DNA of 63,859 nucleotides from Candidatus Ventrenecus stercoripullorum (GCA_018712835.1 DVGF01000038.1:1-63859), one strand, 5' to 3'. Positions 37,118 to 45,409 are shown, counted from the first letter of the stretch. Made by a program: numbers and translations. The notes: generated by a model from the sequence alone, not told the origin.

Positions 37118-37203
37118 GGGAACATTCAGTTTTTCCGCGTTGAATGTCTACCTAATTAATGTGCAGACATTTAATTCAATATAGAATTAAGTGTCATTTT
37201 TTT
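37118..37203 (+). ncRNA. Candidate type I antitoxin sRNA, locus 1
   Basis: Starts after TAAAAT (37106-11). 5' hairpin ACATTCA/TGAATGT. 12-bp terminator hairpin 37166-37195 plus T-run. Fully antisense to the 3' UTR and stop codon of the minus-strand toxin ORF. Confidence 0.55.
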
Positions 37204-37286
37204 ATTACAACTATCATAATGATAAGGAGAAATAAAATGATAGCAATGAGCTTAAGAACTTTTATAATAAAAGTCTTAGTTTTCAC
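37194..37286 (-). CDS. Candidate type I toxin, 30-aa hydrophobic peptide MKTKTFIIKVLKLIAIILFLLIIMIVVIKK
   Basis: GTG start 10 nt after GAGGAGG. A single TM helix flanked by Lys residues. TATAAT at 37358-37353 on the minus strand. Homologous copy at 45317..45409. Confidence 0.7.
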   Translation of the reverse strand: MKTKTFIIKVLKLIAIILFLLIIMIVVIKK

Positions 37287-37549
37287 TTTTATCAAACCTC
37301 CTCTCTATAAAGATTAGAGGTAGACACTCAACAACTGATATTCCCTGTGGGAATTATACTATTGAATATATTAAAAAACAAGCGAACAGCTATATATTTA
37401 ACAAAAAAATTTATAACAAAATTTGCTAATGTTAGAGTAGTGTTAAAAAATTGTTCACTATTGTAAAAATGTATAATATATTGTTACTGGACTGGGATGA
37501 GAGTACTAACTTAATCTTAGGTTCACTATTTAAACTCTCAAGACACCAT

Positions 37550-37626
37550 GGGTGATTAGCTCAGTTGGTTAGAGTGCTTGCTTGACGTGCAAGAGGTCAT
37601 AGGTTCGAGTCCTATATCACCCACCA
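37550..37626 (+). tRNA. tRNA-Val(GAC)
   Basis: Acceptor GGGTGAT/ATCACCC, loop TTGACGT, CCA encoded. Confidence 0.95.
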
Positions 37627-37783
37627 GATGAAATGTTACTTGAACTTTATTTTGTGAAAGTTCGGGTTTTAATATATGTTAAAATTGAATTATAATTTTT
37701 ATAGAAATTAAATTGATTTTATCAATTAGAAAAACACTTGTATATTGGTAATATCAATGAATAGTGATAAGAAAGGTGGTTTT

Positions 37784-39040
37784 ATGCAATCTATCCAATT
37801 ACCATCAGGATATGGACAGGAAGTTTATGTCGATCCAGATGAGCTTTATATTAAGCCTGAATGGATAAATCAAGAACTGCATTACATAAATTTTCCTGAT
37901 ATTCCAATTAGTCAAAGTAATCCTGTTTATGAGGCATATAAAGAAATGTTTAAATATTTGTTCGAGAATGGCTATAAAGTTGTGACAAATAGTAGTACAG
38001 TTGGAAATGACGCATTTTTTTTCACTCCTTGTTTAGATACGCACATGAATAATACTAAAGAAGATTATAGTTTTAAGAAAAAAAATAAAATCGACTATTA
38101 TCTAAACAGTGAAGGAATAACAGAACCTTTTAGTATTTCATTCCCTACCGATTCATTTCCAGAAACATTACCAAGTTTACCATTTGTTCTTAAAAATGAA
38201 GAAAGCCAAGGTGGAATAGAAAAATTTATAATAAGAACGCCTGAACAAATAGATATACTAAAAAGGTTCTATAATGAAATAAATTTTTATGACCGTCAAA
38301 AAAGAATAGAGAAAGTGAAAAGTCAGTGGTCATGTTATCCAGATTTAGAATTTGATGAAAATGGGCATTCTAATAAAGGAATAAGCCTTAATTTCGTAGA
38401 TTATAAAAAAGAATTTCATCAAAATATGAGAATACAAAAATTTATTAAAACACCAACTAAATACAATACATCTTTAAGGGTTATTACATCATCATCTGGC
38501 GATATTCTAGCATCAAGTCTTAAGTATTCAAAACCATCAACCAATACTAAGGAAAAATATTATGGGCTTTTTGATAAGTATTTATCAGATCCGTCATCTC
38601 CATATTTTTTAAGAAGTGAAAGTATTGTTTCAAATACAATAGCTGGAGGGAATAGTATTTTACTTGAAAAGGATAATTATTCTGAATTAGAACAAGAAAT
38701 TTTAAGGGCACATGGTATTAATCCGAACGGCGCTATTCTTCCACCTGATGTAATGAACGCATGTATAAAGATAGCAAGTAATTGTAGTCGTGAGATTGGA
38801 GCAATTTGTGGCTTAGATTTTATTTATGATGATGAGGAGAAAACTTGGAAATATCTTGAAGAACATGAATATCCCATGTTATATTCCTATGCCGAGAAAT
38901 ATAATTTACCATATAACCCTAATGCGAAAGATTTTTATACTACTAATCAATTACTGGATTTGAGGGTAAGATTACATGCTTTAGCTTTAACGTTGAAAAA
39001 GAAACAATTATTTATTTCAGAAAATCAAAAGCATAGATAA
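37784..39040 (+). CDS. ATP-grasp-like protein (RimK-type fold, function unknown)
   Basis: The start is the ATG after AAAGGTGG. LPFVLKNEESQGGIEKFII, RIQKFIKTP..SLRVITSSSGDIL, SNTIAGGNS and CGLDFIYDDEEKTWKYLEEHEYP follow the order of ATP-grasp motifs. Confidence 0.55.
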   Translation: MQSIQLPSGYGQEVYVDPDELYIKPEWINQELHYINFPDIPISQSNPVYEAYKEMFKYLFENGYKVVTNSSTVGNDAFFFTPCLDTHMNNTKEDYSFKKKNKIDYYLNSEGITEPFSISFPTDSFPETLPSLPFVLKNEESQGGIEKFIIRTPEQIDILKRFYNEINFYDRQKRIEKVKSQWSCYPDLEFDENGHSNKGISLNFVDYKKEFHQNMRIQKFIKTPTKYNTSLRVITSSSGDILASSLKYSKPSTNTKEKYYGLFDKYLSDPSSPYFLRSESIVSNTIAGGNSILLEKDNYSELEQEILRAHGINPNGAILPPDVMNACIKIASNCSREIGAICGLDFIYDDEEKTWKYLEEHEYPMLYSYAEKYNLPYNPNAKDFYTTNQLLDLRVRLHALALTLKKKQLFISENQKHR

Positions 39041-39066
39041 ATGTTGTTGGACGTCCTTCTTTAGGG

Positions 39067-39165
39067 CACCATAAAAAAAATAGTTCGATTAAGCGGACTT
39101 TGAAATAGGGAACTTGGAAAAAGTTCTTTTTTATATTACTATCTGTATGCAAGCAAGTATAATAA
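39067..39165. repeat. Repeat family R, copy B (99-bp perfect direct repeat of 41756..41854)
   Basis: CACCATAAAAAAAATAGTTCGATTAAGCGGACTTTGAAATAGGGAACTTGGAAAAAGTTCTTTTTTATATTACTATCTGTATGCAAGCAAGTATAATAA, identical in both copies. Confidence 0.9.
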
Positions 39166-39365
39166 TTAGTGTTGACTATTATTCATAACATAAATTGTAT
39201 TCTATAAAATCGTTACAACAGAAAAATATAACGATAACAACAAATCGATAAAAATTAAATTATAGAAGTCTTAAATTTTACTATAAAAGTGATAAAAATT
39301 AAATTGTAAATTCATAGATTATTTAAAAGTATAATGATATACTTATTCTAATAGGAGGCAATGCT

Positions 39366-41126
39366 ATGGATATAAGAATTGATGAAACTATCGATAAAGC
39401 TCCATATTATAAAAAAATTTCAGATGATAAAGTTATAAATATTACTGGTGAAGGTGGAAGCGGAAAATCTACAATAGCAAGTAAATATAAAAAAGATGAT
39501 AATTATATAGTAGTAGATTATGATTTGATTATGTTAAATCCAGAAGAAGGAACAATAGAATATGAACTAAGACAAATGTTATTAAATAAATATGGTGAAG
39601 TATTATTTAAAGGTATTAATGAACTTGGACTGGATAAAGTAAAAGAAAATTTTACAACCATGTATACAGAAATCATTAATTATCTTTCAAAGAAAGAAAC
39701 AAACAAAACAATTGTTTTAGATGGCTCACAGTTACGATTTATTAATGATGTACAAGTGATTAAAGGAGAAGTCTTTGTTTTAAGACCATCTATACAAACT
39801 TGTATTTCTCAATCTGTTAAAAGATACATTCAAAAAAATCCACAAGCAACTATCGAACAAATTCAAGAATATACCCAAAAAAGAACAAATATACTATATC
39901 AATTAAATCCACTGATGAATGAATTATTGATTAAAGTATCTACGCTTCCAGAAGTGGAAAAAAAAAGAGCTGAATTATTTAATCAAAACTTAAATACTAT
40001 ATTTTCAGATGAAATAATTTATAATATTTTAAATAGAATAAGTGAAAATGAAGATTATAAAAATCCGATTACAAAAGAGCAATTTTTGCAATCAATAAAC
40101 CAAAAGGGATACAATATTATAACAACTCATAAAAAACTAGAAAATGAATTAGAACAAAAACTAAAAAGTTATGCTTACAATAAAAGTCAATTTCAACCTG
40201 ATTGTTTATATGAATATGCGGCATACATAATAACATTGATAAAGGAAGATTATAAAACATCTATAAAACCTGAAGCAATAGAACGATTAGAAGATTTGAT
40301 AACACAAAAGAAAATTGTACTTTGCAAAAAAGAACAAGGCACTGCTCATACAGATGGTAGTATCGAAATACCTTGGGCCAATCCGGCTGATCCGTTATTT
40401 ATAAGAAATGTTCGATATAGTTTAGATACCTTATTGCACGAGATATTTCATCAAACACATAGATACAGAGTTGGTGAGGATTTGAATATTATAGTAAACG
40501 AAAAAGAAGTAGTAGCAAAAAACTTTGGAGGCTATTTGTTTGAAGAAGGTCTTACTGATAAATGTACCGTTGATTTTGCAAGAAAGCATCAATTGTCTTG
40601 TAGTCCATTTTTTGAATATCATATCTATACTCAATTAGTAGCTGCTGTTGAAAAACAATTGGGCGTTACAAATGAATACTTGTTTGATAAGGATTATCGG
40701 CAAATATTTAATAAAATAGATCCAACAGGTCAAATGCTAGAACATTATCGTTTTGCGGAGCTATCGCGATATGCTTCGACAGCAAAGAAAAGAAAAGCCA
40801 AGGTAGAATTTGTGTTTAACGGAAAAAAATATGAAGCACAAGAATTTCCTTCATTAAAACAAGAAATAAAATCCCAGAACGCAATTATTAACAATGAGGA
40901 GCAAAAAAAATATTTTGACCAAAGAAGTGAAATTGAAATCCAAATTGCAGAACAAATAAGAATAAAAAATCAGGCAATAGCTCAACAAAAGCAGAAAAAG
41001 CCAAAAATGTTAGTGAAAACCAGCGCAACTTCTTCTCTTACAAGTAAGGGCTATATTAATGGAGTGATTTTATCTTTTATTGTAAGTGGTATGTTAGCAA
41101 TGATAATCTATTTTCTTTTTAAGTAA
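39366..41126 (+). CDS. Multidomain protein: P-loop NTPase/kinase-like N-terminus, zincin (HExxH..ExxxD) middle, coiled coil, C-terminal TM anchor
   Basis: INITGEGGSGKSTIASKY (Walker A). LLHEIFHQTH plus FEEGLTD about 30 aa later. C-terminal GVILSFIVSGMLAMIIYFLF. RBS AGGAGG. Confidence 0.7.
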   Translation: MDIRIDETIDKAPYYKKISDDKVINITGEGGSGKSTIASKYKKDDNYIVVDYDLIMLNPEEGTIEYELRQMLLNKYGEVLFKGINELGLDKVKENFTTMYTEIINYLSKKETNKTIVLDGSQLRFINDVQVIKGEVFVLRPSIQTCISQSVKRYIQKNPQATIEQIQEYTQKRTNILYQLNPLMNELLIKVSTLPEVEKKRAELFNQNLNTIFSDEIIYNILNRISENEDYKNPITKEQFLQSINQKGYNIITTHKKLENELEQKLKSYAYNKSQFQPDCLYEYAAYIITLIKEDYKTSIKPEAIERLEDLITQKKIVLCKKEQGTAHTDGSIEIPWANPADPLFIRNVRYSLDTLLHEIFHQTHRYRVGEDLNIIVNEKEVVAKNFGGYLFEEGLTDKCTVDFARKHQLSCSPFFEYHIYTQLVAAVEKQLGVTNEYLFDKDYRQIFNKIDPTGQMLEHYRFAELSRYASTAKKRKAKVEFVFNGKKYEAQEFPSLKQEIKSQNAIINNEEQKKYFDQRSEIEIQIAEQIRIKNQAIAQQKQKKPKMLVKTSATSSLTSKGYINGVILSFIVSGMLAMIIYFLFK

Positions 41127-41136
41127 GGAGGAACTA

Positions 41137-41736
41137 ATGTATAATATTGAAAATATAAAAGGTGAAATATTAGAAATCTTTGCAGAAAAACAAAATTACG
41201 ATGAAAAATATAATAGTTTAATGTTTGACTTTATTACTAAAGCTTATGAGCTTGTTGAGTTATCAGAAGACTTATATCAAGTAGAACATACAATAAAACT
41301 AAATCAAATATCATTAAAAGATTATATTTTAAATTCAAAGATATGTAATTATTTGAAAGACAATAATTTTAATAATTACTCGATTGAAGATTTAAAGGAA
41401 TATATGCAAAAATATGAAAATCAAAATCCTTCAGATATGATTTCTTATAAATTAGCTTTAGAATTGTACGAAAAATTAGAAGAAATAAAAGATATAGAAA
41501 AGTCAAAAATCGATTATGAAATAAGTCGAATGGGTAATTTATTAGACAATGTTAGTAAAATTGAAAGTGTTACCAAAGATAAATATCAAGCGCTATATAA
41601 TGATTTATTGCAACAAGTTAAAGTAAAATATTTAGATAATAATCTTATTGATGATAAGACAAATAATTATGTTATGAAAATATTAAACGACATATTTAAT
41701 TATTATTTATATGGAAATAAAGAAATTCCATTGTGA
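41137..41736 (+). CDS. Hypothetical acidic helical protein (199 aa), operon partner of 39366..41126
   Basis: RBS AAGGAGG, 10-nt gap after the upstream stop. No motif recognised. Confidence 0.65.
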   Translation: MYNIENIKGEILEIFAEKQNYDEKYNSLMFDFITKAYELVELSEDLYQVEHTIKLNQISLKDYILNSKICNYLKDNNFNNYSIEDLKEYMQKYENQNPSDMISYKLALELYEKLEEIKDIEKSKIDYEISRMGNLLDNVSKIESVTKDKYQALYNDLLQQVKVKYLDNNLIDDKTNNYVMKILNDIFNYYLYGNKEIPL

Positions 41737-41755
41737 TAGCCAATTGCTTTATAGA

Positions 41756-41854
41756 CACCATAAAAAAAATAGTTCGATTAAGCGGACTTTGAAATAGGGA
41801 ACTTGGAAAAAGTTCTTTTTTATATTACTATCTGTATGCAAGCAAGTATAATAA
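41756..41854. repeat. Repeat family R, copy C (99-bp perfect direct repeat of 39067..39165)
   Basis: Identical 99-mer, including the GAACTTggaaaAAGTTC + T-run hairpin and TATAAT. Confidence 0.9.
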
Positions 41855-42020
41855 AAAAAGAAAAATACCCAACAATTAGTATTGCCTGTATACATTATCT
41901 GTATAAACCAAAAGAGAATTTAAAAACTATTGAAATATTTATAACTGTAATAAAGTATCATTAATAGATAGATTATATTTAGAAAAAATAGTATAATGAA
42001 GCTAGAAACGAGGTGTAATA

Positions 42021-42566
42021 ATGGTTGAGTTAATGCAAAAATTAAATTTTCCTTTATTAGAAGTTCAACCAGTAATGGAATATTTTAGACAATTTGAAAA
42101 ATATGGAATAATAAGAGAAGAAGTAGAAAAAGATAATGGTGAAATAGATATATTAGTAAAAGATGAACTCATAAGAATAGTATACCTCATGATTAATGGA
42201 GGAAAATTCTGGAGTGTATATAGATACCATTCAAATGGCATAAAATATGAACAAATAGATATAATAGCTTGGGATAAAATAAAAGAGGGCGGATATAATA
42301 AAGTTATTAAATATGCAGGACACATAGAAGATGCTAATTATTCTTATATTACATGTTCTGGATTTTCTTATTTAAATGGAGAAATTACAAAAAGTTGGAA
42401 ACAGACGAGAGTAGTGCCAGTACAAGATATACAGAAAATCCAATATAGCAATGAGATGAATTTGACAGAACTAATTATAATGGCTGATAGCAAAAGTAAT
42501 AATATTGTAAAAAAAGAAGAACAAAAAGATATAGAAACATTAGTTTTAAAATTACAAAAGGTATAA
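42021..42566 (+). CDS. Hypothetical protein (181 aa)
   Basis: ORF with RBS GAGGTG; no motif recognised. Confidence 0.6.
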   Translation: MVELMQKLNFPLLEVQPVMEYFRQFEKYGIIREEVEKDNGEIDILVKDELIRIVYLMINGGKFWSVYRYHSNGIKYEQIDIIAWDKIKEGGYNKVIKYAGHIEDANYSYITCSGFSYLNGEITKSWKQTRVVPVQDIQKIQYSNEMNLTELIIMADSKSNNIVKKEEQKDIETLVLKLQKV

Positions 42567-42616
42567 TTTATTTTATATTAATATAAAATGCGATGTCTAT
42601 TGAAAGGAGTAAATAC

Positions 42617-42913
42617 ATGGAAGCAAATAATGAAGAATTAAATACATTAATCAATACTATTAATGATAATATGAGAGCATATGATAGAGATATTAAAGTA
42701 AGAATGAAAATATCAGATAATTTAGAAATAAAAAGATTAAAACAGGCAGCAACAGTACTTTTTTAAGAACTAAGTGAGCTCACACAAGGACCTTTTGCGC
42801 TAGATTTAGAAGAGGAAACTTCCACAATAACTACGAAAGAAGAGTCAACAGAGGAGTGCATAAATCCATCAATGCCTAGCCAAGTTATGAAAAGGACATT
42901 AGTAAAAAAGTAA
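42617..42913 (+). pseudogene. Small ORF interrupted by an in-frame TAA (49 + 48 codons)
   Basis: ATG after GAAAGGAG. TAA at 42764-42766, then the same frame stays open to the TAA at 42911-42913. Confidence 0.35.
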
Positions 42914-42975
42914 GTTTTTTGTTTGGCGTTCTTGATACAACACAATGAATTTAGACTTCATTTTTTCAATATTTT

Positions 42976-43004
42976 TTGACAAGTTCAATAAAATATACTA
43001 AAAT
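42976..43004 (+). promoter_or_regulatory. Promoter of the trpS leader
   Basis: TTGACA (42976-81), 17-nt spacer, TAAAAT (42999-43004). Confidence 0.55.
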
Positions 43005-43010
43005 TAGCTT

Positions 43011-43260
43011 ATATTTAAATCGTTGATTTGGAAAAGTACATATTAATGAAGCTTGTAGAAAGTAACTGGTTGATGAAAAGTTATAGTGGAGTAATATGGA
43101 ATGGCCCAATGAGAGTTTTTCTGAAATTATCAAAATAAAAGTATGGAAAATCGGAGTTTCTATCCGTTATCAATAGAACATATATGGTAGTATATGAAAT
43201 AAATCTATTTTTAGGTGGCACAAGATTCTTGTCCTATTCTTAGGAAAAGAGTCTTTTTTT
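43011..43260 (+). promoter_or_regulatory. T-box riboswitch leader, Trp specifier (UGG)
   Basis: Stem I-like GGAAAAGTAC / GTAGAAAGTAACTGGTTGA. TGG followed by A at 43097-43100. T-box-like ATTTTTAGGTGGCACAAG (43206-43223). Terminator AGATTCTTGTCC/GGAAAAGAGTCT plus TTTTTTT (43223-43260). Confidence 0.75.
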
Positions 43261-43284
43261 AATATCGTAAGAGGAGTGATTAAA

Positions 43285-43323
43285 ATGTTTATATTAGCTA
43301 AGCGATGGTGGTTTTCATTTTAA
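43285..43323 (+). CDS. Candidate 12-codon leader peptide MFILAKRWWFSF with tandem Trp codons
   Basis: Strong RBS AGAGGAG 8 nt upstream. TGG TGG at 43306-43311. Lies between the T-box terminator and the trpS RBS. Confidence 0.5.
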   Translation: MFILAKRWWFSF

Positions 43324-43357
43324 TAAAAAATAAAAAATAAGAAAGAGGGAATAAAAA

Positions 43358-44350
43358 ATGAAAACAATGATTACTGGTATTAGACCAACAGGTACGATAA
43401 CTTTAGCCAATTATATTGGAGGAATTAAAAAATTTATTGAACAACAAAAAGAATATAAATCTTTAATATTTATAGCTGATATTCACGGGCTTACCACATA
43501 TATTGAACCAAAGGAAATAAGAAACAATATACTTGATATAACTGCTCTTTATTTGGCTTGTGGTATTGATTTAGAGCATACAATAATATTTCAACAAGGT
43601 GACGTTTTAGAACACTGTAATTTAGGCTTTTTAATATCATTTCAATGCAGTGTAGGGGAATTATCTAGAATGACTCAGTACAAATCAAAAAAATTAGAAT
43701 TAGCAAAAACAGATAAAGATATGGGACTCTTTATTTATCCGACATTAATGGCTGCTGATATTTTATTATATGATGCTTCAATCGTACCAGTAGGGGAAGA
43801 TCAAAGAACTCATATAGAAAAAACAAGAGATTTAGGAGAAAGATTTAACAAAGTTTATGGCAAAACTTTTGAACTCCCTGAATATCAAATACCAAAGATT
43901 GGAGCCAAAATCATGAATTTACAAAATCCCAAAGTAAAAATGAGTAAATCGGCGCCCAAAAACGATAAGGGAACAATATTCATACTAGATGACGTTGAAA
44001 TAACCAAGAAAAAAATAATGTCTGCAGTTACTGATAATGAGGGTAAAATTTATTTTGATCCAGAAAGAAAGCCAGGAATTTCAAATCTCTTATCCATCAT
44101 GGCAGTCATTGACAACCTAAGTATTGAAGAAGTTTCTGATAAATATAAAGATTATACTTATAAGGACTTTAAAATAGAAGTGGCGGATAAAGTATCAAAG
44201 TTTATTTTAAATATTCAAGATAAGTTTTATAAGTATAGAAATGATGAAGATTATCTAAAAAAAGTTTTAAAAGAAGGCGCAAATAAAGCAAGAAAACTTG
44301 CAAGCAAAAAAATGGACGAAGTAAGAAAAACAATTGGATTAAAGCTTTGA
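43358..44350 (+). CDS. trpS: Tryptophan--tRNA ligase
   Basis: Collinear with Bacillus TrpRS: GIRPTGTITLANYIGG, MAADILLYDASIVPVGEDQRTHIE, KMSKS, KPGISNLL. Confidence 0.95.
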   Translation: MKTMITGIRPTGTITLANYIGGIKKFIEQQKEYKSLIFIADIHGLTTYIEPKEIRNNILDITALYLACGIDLEHTIIFQQGDVLEHCNLGFLISFQCSVGELSRMTQYKSKKLELAKTDKDMGLFIYPTLMAADILLYDASIVPVGEDQRTHIEKTRDLGERFNKVYGKTFELPEYQIPKIGAKIMNLQNPKVKMSKSAPKNDKGTIFILDDVEITKKKIMSAVTDNEGKIYFDPERKPGISNLLSIMAVIDNLSIEEVSDKYKDYTYKDFKIEVADKVSKFILNIQDKFYKYRNDEDYLKKVLKEGANKARKLASKKMDEVRKTIGLKL

Positions 44351-44382
44351 TTTATGATATGCTAAAGACATGGAGTGATTAT

Positions 44383-44904
44383 ATGACAATAACGAGATAT
44401 AGTAAAAGAAAAAATATAAATGAAAGAGAAAGTATTAATACCAAGCTAAAAGTTACAGATTATGTTTTTAATTATAATAATGAAGATTTTAACAATGCTA
44501 CATTAGAATACTATTTTGATAAAATAAAAAATGTAGAGATGAGTTATGAAGATGAAAAGAAAATATATAAAAAAGAAAGTTTTAGCCCAATTATAACATT
44601 TTTGATAAGTGCCGAAGACAAAAACAAAGAAAAATATTCATTTGAATTTTCTTTAAATTTAGATATAAAAGATTTAAATAAAATGAGCCAAACAAATCCA
44701 ACAAATATAATCGATTATGTGATAGAAGGAGAAATCTTTTTTCAAAATCCATATAAAAAAGGAGTAGAGTTCTGGGAAATCGAGAAAAAAGAAAATATTT
44801 ACCATTTTACTCCAAGCTATTGGGTTCAAAAGCTGTCAGAAAATAAATTTGCTTTTAAAATACAATACCAAACATTATTTATATGGTTTCATGTTGATAT
44901 TTGA
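44383..44904 (+). CDS. Hypothetical protein (173 aa) immediately downstream of trpS
   Basis: ATG after GGAGTGA. The frame is already open from 44347, where it overlaps the trpS stop. No motif recognised. Confidence 0.6.
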   Translation: MTITRYSKRKNINERESINTKLKVTDYVFNYNNEDFNNATLEYYFDKIKNVEMSYEDEKKIYKKESFSPIITFLISAEDKNKEKYSFEFSLNLDIKDLNKMSQTNPTNIIDYVIEGEIFFQNPYKKGVEFWEIEKKENIYHFTPSYWVQKLSENKFAFKIQYQTLFIWFHVDI

Positions 44905-44985
44905 ATAATAAAAGTTAGAAGGAAGAAAAATACAATTAAAATAAGAAATAATTAATATTTGAAAAAAGATAAGGAGTTTTCTAAA

Positions 44986-45135
44986 ATGAATGAAATAATA
45001 ATTACACCCCTTGGAACAATATCCCCTTACACAAAAGGAAATAGGAATTGTCCTGGTTTTTTAATCGAATACAATAACCAAAAAATATTATTAGATTGCG
45101 GTAATAGTGTATATGAATTAAGCAAAAATCAATGA
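44986..45135 (+). pseudogene. Truncated N-terminal fragment of an MBL-fold metallo-hydrolase
   Basis: MNEIIITPLGTISPY..NCPGFLIEYNNQKILLDCGN stops after 49 codons, before the HxHxDH motif. This is about 30 nt upstream of where repeat copy D and TA locus 2 begin. Confidence 0.5.
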
Positions 45136-45164
45136 AGTGACATAAAATAATTAGTTTTGTAACT

Positions 45165-45238
45165 TTAAGGAACTTGAAAAAAGCTCATTTTTATGCTACT
45201 ATTTGTATGAAAGCAAGAAACCTTGCGTATAATAAAAA
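45165..45238. repeat. Repeat family R, copy D (degenerate hairpin plus TATAAT)
   Basis: GGAACTTGAAAAAAGCTCATTTTTATGCTACTATTTGTATGAAAGCAAG..GCGTATAATAAAAAAAG aligns with copies A to C. Confidence 0.65.
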
Positions 45239-45239
45239 A

Positions 45240-45326
45240 AGAGGAACATTTGATTTCGCAAGTGAATGTCGCCTCTAAAATATTAGTGCTGACACTCAAT
45301 CAATGCTGAAAGAGTGTCATATTTTT
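45240..45326 (+). ncRNA. Candidate type I antitoxin sRNA, locus 2
   Basis: Starts after TATAAT (45228-33). Terminator hairpin GACACTC/GAGTGTC (45291-45318) plus T-run. Antisense to the 3' UTR and stop codon of toxin 2. Confidence 0.55.
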
Positions 45327-45409
45327 ATTGCTATTACCAATAAGGTAAGGAGTAATAAAATGATAGCAATAAGACGGAGGACTTTTATAATAAAAGTTCT
45401 TTTCTTCAT
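45317..45409 (-). CDS. Candidate type I toxin, 30-aa peptide MKKRTFIIKVLRLIAIILLLLTLLVIAIKI
   Basis: ATG 5 nt after AAAGGAGGG. TATAAT at 45477-45472 on the minus strand. Homologous to the 37194..37286 peptide. Confidence 0.7.
   Translation of the reverse strand: MKKRTFIIKVLRLIAIILLLLTLLVIAIKI

Noticed and set aside
37237-37317. Plus-strand mini-ORF MIAMSLRTFIIKVLVFTFIKPPLYKD (and its counterpart at 45360..45470), which I first took for the toxin
   Set aside because: It is the antisense image of the minus-strand ORF. The plus-strand versions differ in length and C-terminus between the two loci. The minus-strand peptides are both 30 aa, homologous throughout and have better SD sequences. The long-range helix is perfect only in the minus-strand RNA.
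39067-41854. Direct repeats as a possible CRISPR array
   Set aside because: There are only two identical copies, 2.7 kb apart and 99 bp long, and they enclose protein-coding genes. No short regular spacers and no cas genes are present.
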